52,516 bases of DNA from Octopus bimaculoides (GCF_001194135.2 NC_068985.1:92118107-92170622), one strand, 5' to 3'; positions 22,229-35,128 are shown, counted from the first letter of the stretch. Program-made: numbers and translations. The notes: generated by a model not told the origin, from the letters alone.

Positions 22229-24854
22229 TTTTGTTTTTTTTTTCTTCAATTTTTTTCTTTTCTATTTTGGTTAAAACCTNNNNNNNNNNTTTTGGTTAAA
22301 ACCTACTTTGAAACTTCGGTAATTTCAGACGATAAAAGATTTCAAAGAAAATTCAGCAAGTAAGATGCTCACTAACCCTGAAAATATTCCACAAAAAAAA
22401 GTAAAGCAATAATTTATTCTTATAAATGGTTGCTTCCTTTATGGACATATGTTGCTCGACTGTGATGGTATATTACTTATTATTGTAGTTAATATGAAAT
22501 TTTAAACCTTATTGGTCTTCCTCTAATTGTGATAGTACCATATATATTTTTGATTAGTTTTGAATTAAGCACTAAGATGTGTGTTATTTTATAGTCGTGT
22601 TTTATTTAACACGTATTTTCGAAGTCATTGTAGTCTACATTAAGCTTTGTAGTGCTGGATACCGTGATAACTAAAACTGAGATTGATAAACATCTATAGG
22701 AAAATAATCCAAACTGTCTACGTTGGTAAATAGAAAATATTAGGTTTATTTCGAACTCTAGTCGTTCTCTTGTTGCGATTTAATTTATAAATTATATTAA
22801 ATGATATGTACCAATATCAGAAATCAAATAATCATATTCCTTTGTCTGTATTTCTGACAAGTAGTTTAATTAGCTGACCGAAGTTATTTAGACTCCGACA
22901 CTTCGTCTCTTGTGTCTTGAGTATCCGATCGAAAACGGCCAGCTTGTTATCGTAGTGAAGATTCTACAGCTCGGATTGGACATCTACCATCGATACAAAC
23001 ACTGAAAACCATTTAATGCAACTAACCAGCCTAACGCCCTAGATGGTCGATTCCATTATGTTAGGTTTTTCATTTATATTCCTGAAATTATTGTAATTAA
23101 TTGTGTTTCAAAGAATAAAAGATTAAGTGAGCAATGGAATAATGTGAACGCCATCCACCCATTTTTATAGCCCACTATTCTTATTCTAGGAGAGTCTTGG
23201 GGTCAGAGTCAGTTGGTAAAATCCTCCAGAGGGTTTGAGCAGAAGCGGCTGTAACCAAATGTTGTGGCTGGATCTTCCTCTAGGTTTCTTACCGTTGGAT
23301 CTCGCTTTCAAATCCTGTCTTCAGATTCTTTCTTTAGACATTCTAACCATATTCTCTATAGTACCAGGGCTATGATCTCACAATGCAGAGAAGTAGGTAT
23401 TACACCCGAAGTTATGCCTTAAAGTCCGAGCTAATCATTATATCGAGTATCGTTACTGTGGCTAACCCTTCGAAGGAACCAGAGTCATCTTAGCAGCAGG
23501 GGAGGCCCACGGGAAAGTCAGTGCACAGCGCCCTATAGTATTTACTTATTGACACAGCAAGCCACAGCATACATGGATCGGAAGTGGATCCCTAGACCCA
23601 TGAGGCCCCACCAGACAATTATTCAATGTGTCCACACCTTAGGACTGCACAAGTAGGGACTCCATTCCTTCCGTTTAAATTCATGAATTCAATCTTTTAT
23701 GATACTGCACAGTTTATTATGTATCTACATGCTTCTGTATTAACCCTGTTACTAAGGTGTTTGAAATAGATTTATTTTATGTAAAAACTACAACATCCGA
23801 CAATCAGGTGTTCTCCATGATCACCTCATACAAGTTGAATGCATTCTCAGATTCTACATTATTTCAGTGTAGTAACCTCACACGGAATAATAAAGGCATT
23901 GTATGAAAAGGAAGTAAAATATGCATGGAAAAGATAAGTTGAATGAATACAATGCTGCCATTTCTTTTCCTTCTATTCCTTTTGGTTTTGTTTTGTTTTT
24001 TAATATTTTTATTCTTAAACATCTCCCTTGTCTGATTTTTGAAAAATATATTAAACAATATGGTTTCTTTTGTTTATTGCTTTCGTATTATTTGTGTTGT
24101 GTTTTTTGGTTTTTTGATTAACAATCTTTCTGAAATGAGTTAAAATATATTCATAAACCCAGTTGAACTAGAAGCGAATATAATGCAGAATGAATTAACT
24201 ATGCAACAGGAACTCTGTTATAAATTACTTGCGGGATAATTACTTGGGCAACTTTATCTCCATTGATGATAAAACGGAGATGGAAATGCAAAGGTTAATC
24301 TACTTCTTCGATATCTGATAGCGTGTTCGAATTATTGATTTAGTAATACCATAGCAAGATGGAATTGCATAAATATGACAGCTATTCCTATCTTATTGAA
24401 GATTTGGCTACACATTATATTTAATAGTTGTTGACAGACTGTATAAAGACGAAGGCAGCAGTTTAGTACGTTGAGTGCGAGCGAGGGTTATTCCCAGCCC
24501 AGTAACTTTATCATCGTTCAGTAAACAGACTACGCAGTTCTTAGTTCAAAATAAGATTAACCCCTTCGTGTAGGTTCACTAAAGGCGGTTTAAGCTTTAT
24601 TATTATTATTATTATTAGACCGAAATAATCGATAGTTATAAAGGGCATAAATCTTGGAAATATTTCTTAAAACTGATAAAATACTTGAACTTTGCCCTGG
24701 TGCACTTCATTGATTTTTCTTTCTTTTTTTTTTTTCTTATTCAATCAGCATAGTTAGGAGAAGGGTGTGTCTAGAGTATCGATACAACTTTAACTGACTG
24801 CTTCATTGAAGATAGTGTTAGTCGGACCAATTACCACAAAGTTATTTTACAATA

Positions 24855-24855
24855 A

Positions 24856-24900
<45 letters not shown>
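24855..24900. repeat. (TTA)n microsatellite
   Basis: Direct repeats. Confidence 0.9.
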
Positions 24901-24901
<1 letters not shown>

Positions 24902-25360
24902 TTTAAAAAGGATTGACGTAACTCTTCACGAAGGTAAATAATCAAGACGAAAAGCGCGATTCGAGTGTATAAATATTTTATTCGTTGAACAATATTTCAA
25001 CGGTACGTCTATCTTTGTCAAGTTCAAAATAAGAGGTGATTAAAAATTCAAAATTACAGATATTGTTATTATTATTATTGTTGTTGTTGTACTTTCTTCT
25101 TTCAGTCTTGTTTCTATTTTTGGTCGAGTGTCTTCTCGACACCGAGGGAAAAAATACTATCTGTATACATTGATGAACCATTAAAATAGACAGAGCAGAT
25201 TGTTCATTTAAAAAAAAATCAAATATCTATGTTCAAAAAACAAATTATACACGTTGATAGTTATCGTTCTCACAGCGACTGTGATTTCTCAAGACGTACG
25301 ACATACCACTTAAAACGATCTTCCTGCATTGGGGGTGAACTAGGGATCATTTTCAAATAA

Positions 25361-25400
25361 CTGCTAACCCCAAGATTCTGAGTTCGATTCCAGGCAGTGA

Positions 25401-25498
<98 letters not shown>

Positions 25499-25699
25499 GT
25501 AATAATAATAATAATAATAACATCGAAAAATACCTTAGGAATGAGAGCGCAGGTTCGAAATTTGCCCAAGACACCTGATGAATGCTGGAGGGTATATCAG
25601 CCGAAACGTTGTGTTAACAACAAACAAGATGAGGACAAGTATCCGTCAAAGGTAAATAATGTAAATAATATACATAATTCTTCATCTCTTAAATATAGA
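25361..25699 (+). mobile_element. SINE-like family C, second copy (A-box lost)
   Basis: CTAACCCCAAGATTCTGAGTTCGATTCCAGGCAGTGACCTG, then (AAT)n, then CATCGAAAAATACCTTAGGAATGAG...ATCTCTTAAATATAGA. Confidence 0.85.
25570..25615 (+). ncRNA. Minimal type I hammerhead fold, second copy (stem II closing pair mismatched)
   Basis: GACAC-CTGATGA-A-TGCTG-GAGGGTATAT-CAGCC-GAAA-CGT-T-GTGTT. It has the same architecture as 18300-18345, with a T:C mismatch at the base of stem II. Confidence 0.65.
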
Positions 25700-25719
25700 G
25701 CGGCAGCAGCATATGATAA

Positions 25720-26005
25720 AATGAATGCTTTGATGGAGACCTGTCGCAAGTGAGCAAGAACATCAGGCAAAGACGGCTGTGACTATCTGGTTACTGCGTG
25801 CGTCACCCTCAACTGGAGGCATCCAAACTAGTCTTGTGGAACCCATCTCATGATGATTCAAGAGGAAAACGTCGTCGCACATCGACAACTTGATTTCAGA
25901 CACTCACCAAGAATGTATCCATGACATTGAGGCAGTGATGCTGGGCCGAGAAGTGTGGCGGTGAACTTTGTTGCCGATTCCTGGGCTGGAACCCAGCCAC
26001 AATAA
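25720..26005 (+). mobile_element. RTE-clade LINE 3' end
   Basis: With frameshifts it reads GDLSQVSKNIRQRR...SGYCVRHPQLEASKLVLWNPSH...IDNLISDT...AVMLGREVWR, and it ends in (AAT)n. Confidence 0.8.
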
Positions 26006-26019
26006 TAATAACCTAAAGA

Positions 26020-26720
26020 CGTGTTGTTTGAGTATTTTCAGTTTTTGTTATGTCAGAATTGATAAGATTATTTCTTATCCAATATTTCAAGTAAGAATTT
26101 TTGACATTTCTATTTTGTAATGTTACGGCAGTTGGATTCAACCTTTATTATTAGATTTTTTTGTATGTTGTATATTATTATCATTTTAACTCCATCTATA
26201 AATGCATATTCTCTCTCCTAATTTCTTTGGTTGCTTTCTTTAGTTATCTGTGTAGATAATTATTTCGTATATGGTAAAATACTGGGGTTCTTTTTAACTA
26301 TTTCTAGATGTACTGATAACTATATTATCATTCTGGTTAATTATATTAACTGTGTTTATATTTGTAACATCGTATTTTGTCTCTTTATTTGCAATGTTTT
26401 GTTTTTTTAATTTGAAACGTTGAGTTAATAGATTGTGTGATGTCTTGAGGTTTCTTGTGCTTATATGTAGAATTTACGTTATATTTGGGATTTCTTTCTA
26501 TCAGTGGATATAATAAATTGGATTTTATTCTCAAAACAACTTTTTCAACAAAATGTCATTATAATATTCGAAGTTATTTAGTATTTCTTCATTAGATGAT
26601 AGTTTAGAAAGTCTAATAGAAATATTCCTTACAGGATTTATGGCGGATTTTGTGTGGTTATAAATTTTAGTATATAATGAAGATTTGCATTAGTTTGTGG
26701 CAGGAAGAGTGTTGGCTGCC
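26020..26720 (-). pseudogene. Penelope-like element RT C-terminal/linker remnant
   Basis: The minus strand reads RNISIRLSKLSSNEEILNNFEYYNDIL (cf. RLSxLSSNEExF..YYNxAL) and later KFLLEILDK (cf. GKxFLxLIDK). Confidence 0.7.
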
Positions 26721-27629
26721 ATTCAAATACAGGGTTACCGTTTATAGTCCAGACAGAAAGACATAAGCAGCTTACAATTCTTAACGAAATTTAGGCGTCT
26801 CAATCGTAATGCGCAATCAGGTACGTAATGACTATCGCATAATGAAAAACACACTTAAGATTAAGTAATGTAGGATGTAGTAAATCCGCTTAAACTATCT
26901 CTCGTATTTAATTAATCTCTGATATATATATATACATATCAAGCATAAATTGAAAACAGAACACAATGGATATCGTGGTACACGTGTTTCAAGCTTTGTA
27001 AACAATCTGCTATTATATCAGCATAGGTATATTATTGATATAAAAGATGGTTTAAAGCTCTACTCCGCCGCAGACATTATTAGTCCAAAGATTACATCAC
27101 AAAGGAAAAAGTACACTTAGTATTACCCATTGATAGGTTTATCACATTTATATATATATAAATGTGATAATGGAAAATGGAGAAAAATACACAAGTTGTT
27201 ATTTAAATCATTTATATCACCATATCACCGACATATGTTTCCATAGATTCATTACAATAAATCCGAAAGAGGAATAATGTGGAACAATGGATCAATATCA
27301 TCAGGGAGGATATAAACAAAATTGTGCATCAATAAGTCAGGTGTTTACATTGGAAAAATACTCTTTCAGCTATTTCAAATAATATCTACCCTTTACCTAA
27401 TAGCATCTGGAACAGAATGAACACAGGAAAACAGACAAGCCACATATGGAACTTTTCCGTCATCAGGTGCCTCTATTCTAATCTAGGCGTTTCGAAGATG
27501 AGGCAGAACACGCTCTTAGAACAGCTCTTCCCGCAAAGCAAATTAAATAAAACCTGCTATGCCGAGGATTCCAAAGTGGCGCGTCCATTTGCGAGTAAGT
27601 TTTAACTTGATATTTCTTACGTGCACTCT

Positions 27630-27775
27630 ATCTTTCCGTCTACCAAATCCACTCACAAATCTTTGGTCGGCCCGACGCTAAAGTAGAAGACACTTGCCCA
27701 AATGTTATATGCAGTAGGACAAAACCCGGAACTATGCAACAGCAAGCTTCATACCACACAGCCACGCCTGCGCCA
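27630..27775 (-). mobile_element. SINE family B 5' half
   Basis: TTCCGTCTACCAAATCCACTCACA...GTAGAAGACACTTGCCCAA...TACCACACAGCCACGCCTGCGCC. Confidence 0.85.
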
Positions 27776-28384
27776 ATACAGCCACTCCTGTATTAAATAA
27801 TTAATTTTTTTTTTTTTGTATTGTGGAAGTATTACCAAATTATTGCATTTAAATTTTAACATGAAAATTTTAGATGGACACCCTGGCGTTTTTGGACCCC
27901 GGTGAGAACTACTGATCTACACTATAAGTAGAATATGGTAGGGTAAGGGAGAAGCTACAATATTTGGTGGCATAAAAGATGCACGGGCAATCAAATTTTA
28001 GCGGCACTTTTTCAGGGTAAAAGTTTTTACGCATGGAAGCTTATGAGATACTCAACTTTGTTTACTGAGCCTTGGGTGAATTTGTAAGGCATTTTTTTGG
28101 ATAATAAGTTGCGTTTTGGACGGCATCAAATACAATATCCATTATGCCAGGATATATTTCAATGTTACAACAGGTTACATTACACCTTCCGAGTTCTACT
28201 TACAATCATTTCTTCAAATAGTCTCTCAATCGTGCTTACGCTACGTAAATGTTATGAGCTTTTCTTGTCAGTCTGGAGATAAAGTGGGTTTAATTTCTTA
28301 ATAATTGTAGGGGCCATGGTATATGATTCAAATTTTAAACTCCATTTTGTGTATATAAATAGTTCTAAGAGATACAGTATTTGT

Positions 28385-28560
28385 TATTCTTCTTCTTTTT
28401 CGTCTTCGTCTTCGTCTTCGTTCTTCTTTTCTTCTTCTTTTTTTCTTCTTTTTTTCTTCTTCTTCGTCTTCTTTTCCTTCTTCTTCGTCTTCCTTTTCTT
28501 CTTCTTCATCATCGACGTCGCCGTGATCGTTTTCTTCTTCTTCTTCTTCTTCTTCTTCTT
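28385..28560. repeat. (TTC)n/(TCG)n compound trinucleotide repeat
   Basis: Direct repeats; source of the poly-F/E/S ORFs. Confidence 0.92.
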
Positions 28561-29205
28561 CGGCGGATGAACAACGCATGCTCAAACAGCTGTTTTATGG
28601 TAAGCTTGCCGAGGGGAAACGCTATCGGCGTAAACCTAAAAAAGGTTTCAGGACGGCATAGGGACTACTGTGAAGTCACTCGGAATGGATCCAGAGGACG
28701 TAGAAACCCTTGATTCGGACCGAGCTGGATGGCTAACAAAAGTATGGAGTGGAGTGAAAGCGTCTGAAGATGCCAGGATAACGCATGCAAATCCCAAAAG
28801 AATTTAAGGAAGAATGTTACGATCGAGGTGAATGGCAATGACCTTTTTCTGTGCACAGCTTGTGACAGACCATGCCTTTCTTTTGCTGGGCTCAAATCTC
28901 ATTTGCGAACGCCTGGAAAACGAACCTCCACCAACTATTCTGCCTATATGTCTGTGCACACCTTTGAATGCAGTGTATGCCAGAAGGTTTGCAAATCCAA
29001 CGGAGGTCTCAAAAGACATTTTAAGATCCACAAAGATCAGAATTTATCTGCAGCTCTTGGTGGTCCAAATCGGATATGCAATCTATGTGGGTGTCTTTTC
29101 AGAACATTGTCTGGTTTAAAAAGCCGCATCAGATGCCATGATTGTTATAAGGTGTAGCTACAAGACATGGTCAAACTCTGCATAACGAGTAGACAACTAC
29201 CATAT
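28561..29205 (+). mobile_element. 5'-truncated RTE (BovB-like) LINE ending in three C2H2 zinc fingers
   Basis: DEQRMLKQLFYGKLAEGKRYRRKPKK, then after frameshifts SLGMDPEDVETLDSDRAGW..KVWSGVKASEDAR, then ORF 28828-29157 with CTACDRPCLSFAGLKSHLRT, CSVCQKVCKSNGGLKRHFKIH and CNLCGCLFRTLSGLKSRIRCH. Confidence 0.88.
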
Positions 29206-30419
29206 ATACATATATCCTCTATTTTGAGCGGAAATGTATTTTTACAATGGTATCCAATTTACTTCCATTTTCTCCATCAGTAATGTGACCTTCCTTTTCA
29301 AATTTTGTTCACTTTCCGCTCGAAGGTTTTTAGACTTGACAGTTTTTCTTGTACAGCCAGTTTTCTCTTCGCACGCTGCTGACCTAATTGTAATAATAAA
29401 GTTCTCTTCGACACAATACTAGATATACAAAGAGACGTGCCAAAATTTTTGATTATGTAAATTTTAAAATACCTTAAATAATAACGCTCTCAATTATTCT
29501 TGTTTGCTTTCCCGACCGTTCCTCCATATTTTCGGTTGCTAACAACGTAAGGTGCATTCTGAAGTGACAATATCCGCTTTCTTATTCCCACTTCCTGGTT
29601 GGGTGGATTCATTTTCATACAGAAAATGCCATATGAACAGACATACTGTCGTAGATTTCTTTAACGACATCTTACATCTTATTAACGCTTTGTCTCCGCA
29701 TTCACATTCAGTCGATTGTCTCTGAGGTATGAGATTTTCTCAATACGCTCTCCATGTCTATATTGGAAGTTTCCAGGAATGTTTTACTCAGCTGTTCATT
29801 AAATAACTAGCCATTGGGAATATTCAGAAAGTTATTGTCTTCCTGTGGTCCTTGTCAAATAATTGCAATTTGTCCAGGCTCTTCATTTGTTCTTCAGCTT
29901 CAGGCGAATACTTTTCATAACTTCCTTTTCTTTGTCTCTACGTTCATCTTCTTCTCTCCTTCTATTAATGTAAAGATGTTATTCTGATCGGCCGTTCACT
30001 CGTTGCAAACGTAAAATCACTACGTCACCATCCACCGTCTTTCTTCTTTCCAATGGTACTTCAACATGATTTTCTGGACAATAAACTACAATGAACCACA
30101 ACACCGCCATCATTAGTTTACACAACATCTTTGGCAACAATTACAACGACCATGAAATAAACACAGGCTATCTTTAAATACGCTATGTGAGCAGGTGCCT
30201 TTAATATTACTACCTACTCTAGCATTACATTATTCAACATACTTCTTTGTCGAATTACATTATGCAAGTATTAATTTGCTTTACGAATCGTCCGGGAAAT
30301 CCCACTCGGTAAAATTTAATGATTATTATTTATTGCTAATTGCCAGGCTGCAAAGAAAATGTGTTTATGAAACTGTTAACAATTAGTTGAAGTTGCAGCC
30401 TCAACAACTTATCTTCTTT

Positions 30420-30510
30420 TTTTTATCTTTTAAATTTTACTGGTTTCAGCCAGGGTCTGACGCCATGGGCTAACGCCATGGGCTGACGCCATGCTGGAGC
30501 ACTACCTTCC
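30420..30510 (-). mobile_element. SINE family B 3' end with a local 13-bp triplication
   Basis: TTTTACTGGTTTCAG...(GACGCCATGGGCT)-like unit x3 running into CCATGCTGGAGCAC. Confidence 0.65.
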
Positions 30511-30710
30511 AGCGTGTTTACGTTTCTTTTCTCTACTGTTTCTGGTGAAATAGCGAGTTGGACGGAGCTGCTCTTCTCTGTCCTTCCTACCGTGATGTGG
30601 GTTCTCCTAGTATGACGCATAAAAATTTGTCCAAACATTCTTTTGAAGACTACCACATCTACACCTATGTCAGTAGCTCGTCTCTTTCACCGAATCAATC
30701 TTTGTTAATT

Positions 30711-31083
30711 AGGCGCAGGTGTGGCTGTGTGGTAAGTAGCTTACTTGCCAACCCCATGGTTCTGGGTTCAGTCCTACTGCGCGGCACCTTGGGCAAGTGT
30801 CTTCCACTATAGCCTCGGGCTGAACTGCGCCTTGTAAGTGGATTTGGAAGACGGAAACTGAAAGAAGCCCGCGTGTGCGTGTGTTAGTGTGCGTTTGTCG
30901 CCCTCCCCACCATCGCTTGACAACCGATGTTGCTGTGTTTATGTCTTCCTAACTTAGAGGTTCGGCCAAAGAGACCGATAGAATAAGTACTAGGCTTACA
31001 AAGAATAAGACCTGGAGTTCGACTAAGGACAGTGCTCCAGCATGGCCGCAGTCAAATGACTGAAAGAAGTAAAAGAATAAAGA
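30711..31083 (+). mobile_element. SINE family B full length
   Basis: GGCGCAGGTGTGGCTGTGTGGTAAGTAGC...GGTTCAGTCCTACTGCGCGGCACCTTGGGCAAGTGTCTT (MIR/CORE-like CCTTGGGCAAGT)...GCTCCAGCATGGCCGCAGTCAAATGACTGAA. Confidence 0.92.
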
Positions 31084-31344
31084 ACGTGTGTGTGTGTGTG
31101 TGTAAACAAACGAGCGTGTGCGAGCACGCTCGGTTGCTGTATATTCCGTCTTAGTCCGTCTCGGCCTATTCAAACATCAATTCCCAAATGATTGTTTCAT
31201 TACAGAGGAACAACTCCTTTACGATGTGGTTGTAAACAACGCACCCGATTCATTAGCATAAGGATTCTGGGATATTTGCGGTTTCGCCATCATTGCACTT
31301 ATAAACAAGGGCTTCGAACTCTCTCAATATATATGTATATATAA

Positions 31345-31560
31345 AGCGGCGAGCTGACAGAAACGTCAGCACGCCGGGCGAAATGCTTAGCGGTATTTCG
31401 TCTGTCTTTACGTTATCAGTTCAAATTCCGCCGATGTCGACATTGCCTTTCATCCATTCGGGGTCGATAAATTAAGTATCAGCTGCGTACTGAGGTCGAA
31501 CTAATTGACTTGCCGCCTCCCCAAAAATTTCGGGCCCTGAGCCTAGAGTAGAAAAGAATA
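31345..31560 (+). mobile_element. SINE family D full length (tail type 1)
   Basis: GCGGCGAGCTGACAGAAACG...AAAATTTCGGGCCCTGAGCCTAGAGTAGAAAAGAATA. Confidence 0.92.
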
Positions 31561-31600
31561 TGTATGTATGTATGTATGTGTGTATGTATTTTTTAAACAT

Positions 31601-31796
31601 TTTTTATTCTTTTACCTGTTTCAGTCATTCGACTGCGGCCATGCTGGGGCACCTACTCGAAGAACTCTAATCGAACAAATCGGGAGCAGTACTTATTTTT
31701 AAGCCACGTAACTATTTTATCGATATATCTTTTGCCGAACTGCTAGGTTACAGGTACGTATACAAACACGGGTTGTCAAGCCGTGGTGGAGCAAAA

Positions 31797-31865
<69 letters not shown>

Positions 31866-32038
31866 CACACACGCACATGTGTGGGATTCTTTCCGTTTCC
31901 GCCTACTAAATTCACTCACAAGGCTTTCGTCGGCCGAGGCTATAGTAGAAGATACTCGACCAAATTGTCACGATGTGGGACTGAACCCGGAACAATGTGG
32001 TTGGGAACCAAGCTTCTTACCATATGGTTATGCTCGCG
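31601..32038 (-). mobile_element. SINE family B full length with internal (CA)n
   Basis: Reverse complement of family B, with a (CA)n tract at about 31800-31875. Confidence 0.88.
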
Positions 32039-32622
32039 TCTATAACATAAATGAACATGTCATCTTTTTGTATTCAACAAAAAAGATGTGATGACCACAC
32101 GGATGAAACGTATTTGATCATAGATGTTTCCAATCAGGGTTGACTAAGGAAAAAACTGTTAGACTAGCAATGAAATACGCTTACCTCCTACTATGATGAA
32201 CTTAGATATTTATCCTCCTTTGAAGGGATAAATAAATAAAACTCAAGTGAATTTAAGAGACAATGTTCTTATACAAATACCATTATTGTCTCTGTGAAAA
32301 CAGATCAATATTCTTACAATTTTAAATTGCCAGTTTTCAATCTATTTCGTTTTCTTTTATAAATGAAAACTAAATAATGATAGCAAATATATTCACTAAA
32401 TAAGATCTGTGATTGAGTATCGATTCTTGGAAATTATTTCAAAAATGTTTCTTTCTCTTACCAAAAGAACGTTATGTGAATTGTCTTTGTTTCTTTTTCA
32501 ATTTTTCGAGAGTTCTTTGTTTATTCTTTAACTCATTTTTCTTCAGACATTAACACAAAAGAACGCAGACATATAAATAACAGAGATCTTACATATATAC
32601 CTATGTATATATATATATATAT

Positions 32623-33548
32623 NNNNNNNNNNNNNNNNNNNNNNNNNNNNNNNNNNNNNNNNNNNNNNNNNNNNNNNNNNNNNNNNNNNNNNNNNNNNNN
32701 NNNNNNNNNNNNNNNNNNNNNNNNNNNNNNNNNNNNNNNNNNNNNNNNNNNNNNNNNNNNNNNNNNNNNNNNNNNNNNNNNNNNNNNNNNNNNNNNNNNN
32801 NNNNNNNNNNNNNNNNNNNNNNNNNNNNNNNNNNNNNNNNNNNNNNNNNNNNNNNNNNNNNNNNNNNNNNNNNNNNNNNNNNNNNNNNNNNNNNNNNNNN
32901 NNNNNNNNNNNNNNNNNNNNNNNNNNNNNNNNNNNNNNNNNNNNNNNNNNNNNNNNNNNNNNNNNNNNNNNNNNNNNNNNNNNNNNNNNNNNNNNNNNNN
33001 NNNNNNNNNNNNNNNNNNNNNNNNNNNNNNNNNNNNNNNNNNNNNNNNNNNNNNNNNNNNNNNNNNNNNNNNNNNNNNNNNNNNNNNNNNNNNNNNNNNN
33101 NNNNNNNNNNNNNNNNNNNNNNNNNNNNNNNNNNNNNNNNNNNNNNNNNNNNNNNNNNNNNNNNNNNNNNNNNNNNNNNNNNNNNNNNNNNNNNNNNNNN
33201 NNNNNNNNNNNNNNNNNNNNNNNNNNNNNNNNNNNNNNNNNNNNNNNNNNNNNNNNNNNNNNNNNNNNNNNNNNNNNNNNNNNNNNNNNNNNNNNNNNNN
33301 NNNNNNNNNNNNNNNNNNNNNNNNNNNNNNNNNNNNNNNNNNNNNNNNNNNNNNNNNNNNNNNNNNNNNNNNNNNNNNNNNNNNNNNNNNNNNNNNNNNN
33401 NNNNNNNNNNNNNNNNNNNNNNNNNNNNNNNNNNNNNNNNNNNNNNNNNNNNNNNNNNNNNNNNNNNNNNNNNNNNNNNNNNNNNNNNNNNNNNNNNNNN
33501 NNNNNNNNNNNNNNNNNNNNNNNNNNNNNNNNNNNNNNNNNNNNNNNN
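32623..33548. other. Assembly gap
   Basis: Run of N. Confidence 0.99.
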
Positions 33549-33631
33549 GGTAGAAACTAGTCACTCAGATCTTTCGTCCATATTACCAATGGAATATCTT
33601 TCGAAGCTGGGGTCTTAAATATGTCTTTTAT

Positions 33632-33740
33632 ATTTTATCTTTTACTTGTTTCAGTCAATAGACTGCAGCCATACTGGAGCACTCCTTGAGAAATATTTCC
33701 TCAAACGAATTGTCTGCTAAACATATTTTTGAAACCTGGT
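33632..33740 (-). mobile_element. SINE family B 3' end
   Basis: TTTTACTTGTTTCAGTCA..AGACTGCAGCCATACTGGAGCAC. Confidence 0.7.
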
Positions 33741-34119
33741 ACATGTGTAAATTATATTACCCGATTTTATTTCCATCTTCAGTACAGTATTCCAAACTAT
33801 AAATCCGAGAATGCTAATAAAAGTATAATAATTTGACCAAGCGTCATCAAACGATTATCCAGAAACAGCATTTCCGAATTCATACCGACGAGTAAGAAAC
33901 TCGCATCCTTCCACAATTACCTACGCGCGTTACGAGTAATCCCGCAGAAACTGCAGTTTACTATCAGGGAGTGAATTATTTAATTTTTACAAATATAGGG
34001 TAAAAATTAATAATTAATTAATAATTAGTAATTTTACCAAGTAGATCGGTGTGTTAAAAAAAAACAATTATCGGTAAACTTGGTGAAGCAATTTTTGCTG
34101 AACTCTAATTTTAATTATG

Positions 34120-34122
<3 letters not shown>

Positions 34123-34172
<50 letters not shown>

Positions 34173-34180
34173 CGATTGAT
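34123..34180. repeat. (ATTG)n microsatellite
   Basis: Direct repeats. Confidence 0.9.
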
Positions 34181-34325
34181 GAATGAGAGAAGAAATGTAT
34201 TAGCAGCTAGATATAAAACGACAGGGTACCCAGAACTAGTGTCAGCAGGACTTTAGGGCCCTAAGTGTATCAACAATAGACTAAAATGTTTTAATTTAGC
34301 ATTCGGTATCAATATCGTTAATGGT

Positions 34326-34653
34326 GTGGAGGCGCAATGGCCCGGTGGTTAGGGTAGCGGACTCACGGTCGTTATGGGTGTTTATTGAGCGAAAACAACT
34401 AGAGCTCCACGAGGCTCCGGCAGGGTGTGGCGGCGAACCCTGCTGTACTCTTTCACTACAACTTTCTCTCACTCTATCTTCCTGTTTCTGCTGTACCTGT
34501 ATCTCAAAGGGGCCAACCTTGTCACACACTGTGTCACGTTGAAATGTCCCCGAGAACTACGTTAAGGGAACACGTGTCTGTTACTTTCACGATCAGGCTG
34601 TTCCGTTGATCGAATCAACCGGAACCCTCGTCGTCGTAACCGATGGTGTGCTA
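34326..34653 (+). mobile_element. SINE family A with a short internal deletion in the tail
   Basis: TGGAGGCGCAATGGCCCGGTGGTTAGGG head; lacks the GGAGTGCTCAGCCACTTGCACG segment present in other copies. Confidence 0.9.
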
Positions 34654-34889
34654 CGAGTCAATGGTACTAATTTTTATTCAACGTTCAACTAAATACTGAC
34701 CCTTGAACACCAATAATATTAATGTCAGTTACTCCTGATCATACAACTGTCGAAAATATAACAACGTAGTCCCAACAATATTAGCGAACGTGTAACAGTA
34801 TAAGTCTCCTTAATGAGACCTTGAATTTCCAAATACGGATTTGTAAGGATCTATACAAGAAGTACAACAAATGCATTTAAAATTCACCG

Positions 34890-35045
34890 TTGTGGCTGTG
34901 TGGTAAGAAGCTTCCTTCGCAACCACATGGTTCCGGGTTCAGTCGTACTGCGGTGCATCTCGAGCATGTGTTTACTAGTATAGCATCGGACCGACCAAAG
35001 CCTTGTCAGTGAACTTGGTACACGGAAACTGAAAGAAGCCCATCG

Positions 35046-35128
<83 letters not shown>

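Noticed and set aside
22265-22303. Direct repeat TTTGGTTAAAACCT on both sides of a 10-N gap
   Set aside because: Typical unmerged contig overlap, not a TSD.
23200-23660. GC-richer block resembling a LINE 5' end on the minus strand
   Set aside because: I found no diagnostic protein motif or second copy to support a call.
28828-29157. Host C2H2 zinc-finger gene
   Set aside because: It is contiguous with RTE LINE coding sequence and followed by a LINE-like 3' end, so it is treated as part of the retrotransposon.
32533-33564. The longest ORFs in the track (343 and 316 aa), and those at 4159, 14045-14887 and 48822
   Set aside because: They are open only because they cross runs of N.
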